A stretch of DNA of 63,164 bases, filler included, from Octopus bimaculoides (lineage: Eukaryota), in assembly GCF_001194135.2 (NCBI RefSeq). It is 9 parts of 6 records of this genome, joined end to end, with 100 filler letters (N's around TTAATTAATTAA, not from the genome) between each part and the next. Parts side by side here need not be neighbours in the genome. Positions count along the whole stretch, not along the records: positions 62,000 to 63,164 come from NW_026399514.1; 8 more parts are not named here. One strand, given 5' to 3'. This document shows, in pieces, positions 62,800-63,164 of the stretch. Each line of letters starts with the position of its first letter. Within the stretch, counting starts at the first letter, position 1. The translations under genes were made by a program, and so were the position numbers. The notes under the pieces were generated by a model. It worked only from the letters and a program-made list of their open reading frames with translations. It did no database searches and had not been told where the DNA came from.

Positions 62800-63164
62800 C
62801 TTATGATGATCTATGAAGCACCAAAACAACTGGTTTTGCTGAAACTTACTGTNNNNNNNNNNTGATGATCTATGAAGCACCAAAACAACTGGTTTTGCTG
62901 AAACTTACTGTGTCCTGGAAAGAGCAGACTGACAAAGTCAGAGAAAGAACGTGTGCAAAGTATCAGGAACTGTTGGAACAGTGCTAGGACAGAGGTCAGA
63001 AAATATATTATGATCTTATAGAGATGGGTTGTAGTAAAGGTTCTACAAATTGCTCACTAAAAGCAACAGAGATTTTGGCAGAAATGGAAAAAGAAAGTCA
63101 TTCATTTTGCAAGTGAAGAAGGCTGTCCCATGGATTTTGCTGTAGGGATGCAAACAGGGTCTGA
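62800..63164 (+). mobile_element. HERO/NeSL-like non-LTR retrotransposon restriction-like endonuclease remnant
   Basis: MIYEAPKQLVLLKLTVSWKEQTDKVRERTCAKYQELLEQC*DRGQKIYYDLIEMGCSKG, compared with the motif ELTVPWE...ERKxxKYxxL...GW...EVGCRG. Confidence 0.65.

Noticed and set aside
62680-62911. Two 49-bp direct repeats (62680/62739 and 62804/62863) resembling a repeat-spacer array
   Set aside because: Each pair flanks a 10-N gap and is an overlap artefact. There is no CRISPR-like array and no cas genes, and the DNA is eukaryotic.

Overview
Eukaryotic, AT-rich, extremely repeat- and microsatellite-dense DNA. The SINE families and repeat landscape look like a coleoid cephalopod (Octopus; inference from recalled repeat sequences, not a database result). 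Roughly 7 kb is N gaps, eight of them carrying an artificial TTAATTAATTAA spacer. No intact or supportable host protein-coding gene was found, and almost all ORFs in the supplied track are microsatellite or gap read-through. Content: four distinct decayed mariner elements (one full-length, 9210-10495); a Tigger/pogo-like MITE; LINE remnants of the Tx1/L1, RTE, R4/Dong, CR1-like, HERO-like (RLE) and possibly Jockey groups; a Penelope-like ORF fragment; a Helitron helicase remnant; a 174-bp solo LTR with a 5-bp TSD; more than 30 tRNA-derived SINE copies or fragments in about four modular families; and a tRNA-Phe pseudogene. The most interesting signal is three unrelated repeat families that each carry a type I hammerhead-ribozyme-like fold (67-103, 7488-7557, 13480-13525). 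Two of these families also occur as fold-back duplications (7385-7573, 17527-17590), and one fold-back is centred just past the predicted cleavage site. Together they suggest a Penelope/retrozyme-like mobile ribozyme system. A second notable signal is a SINE subfamily whose 44-nt 3' tail matches the Tx1 LINE 3' end in this same window.
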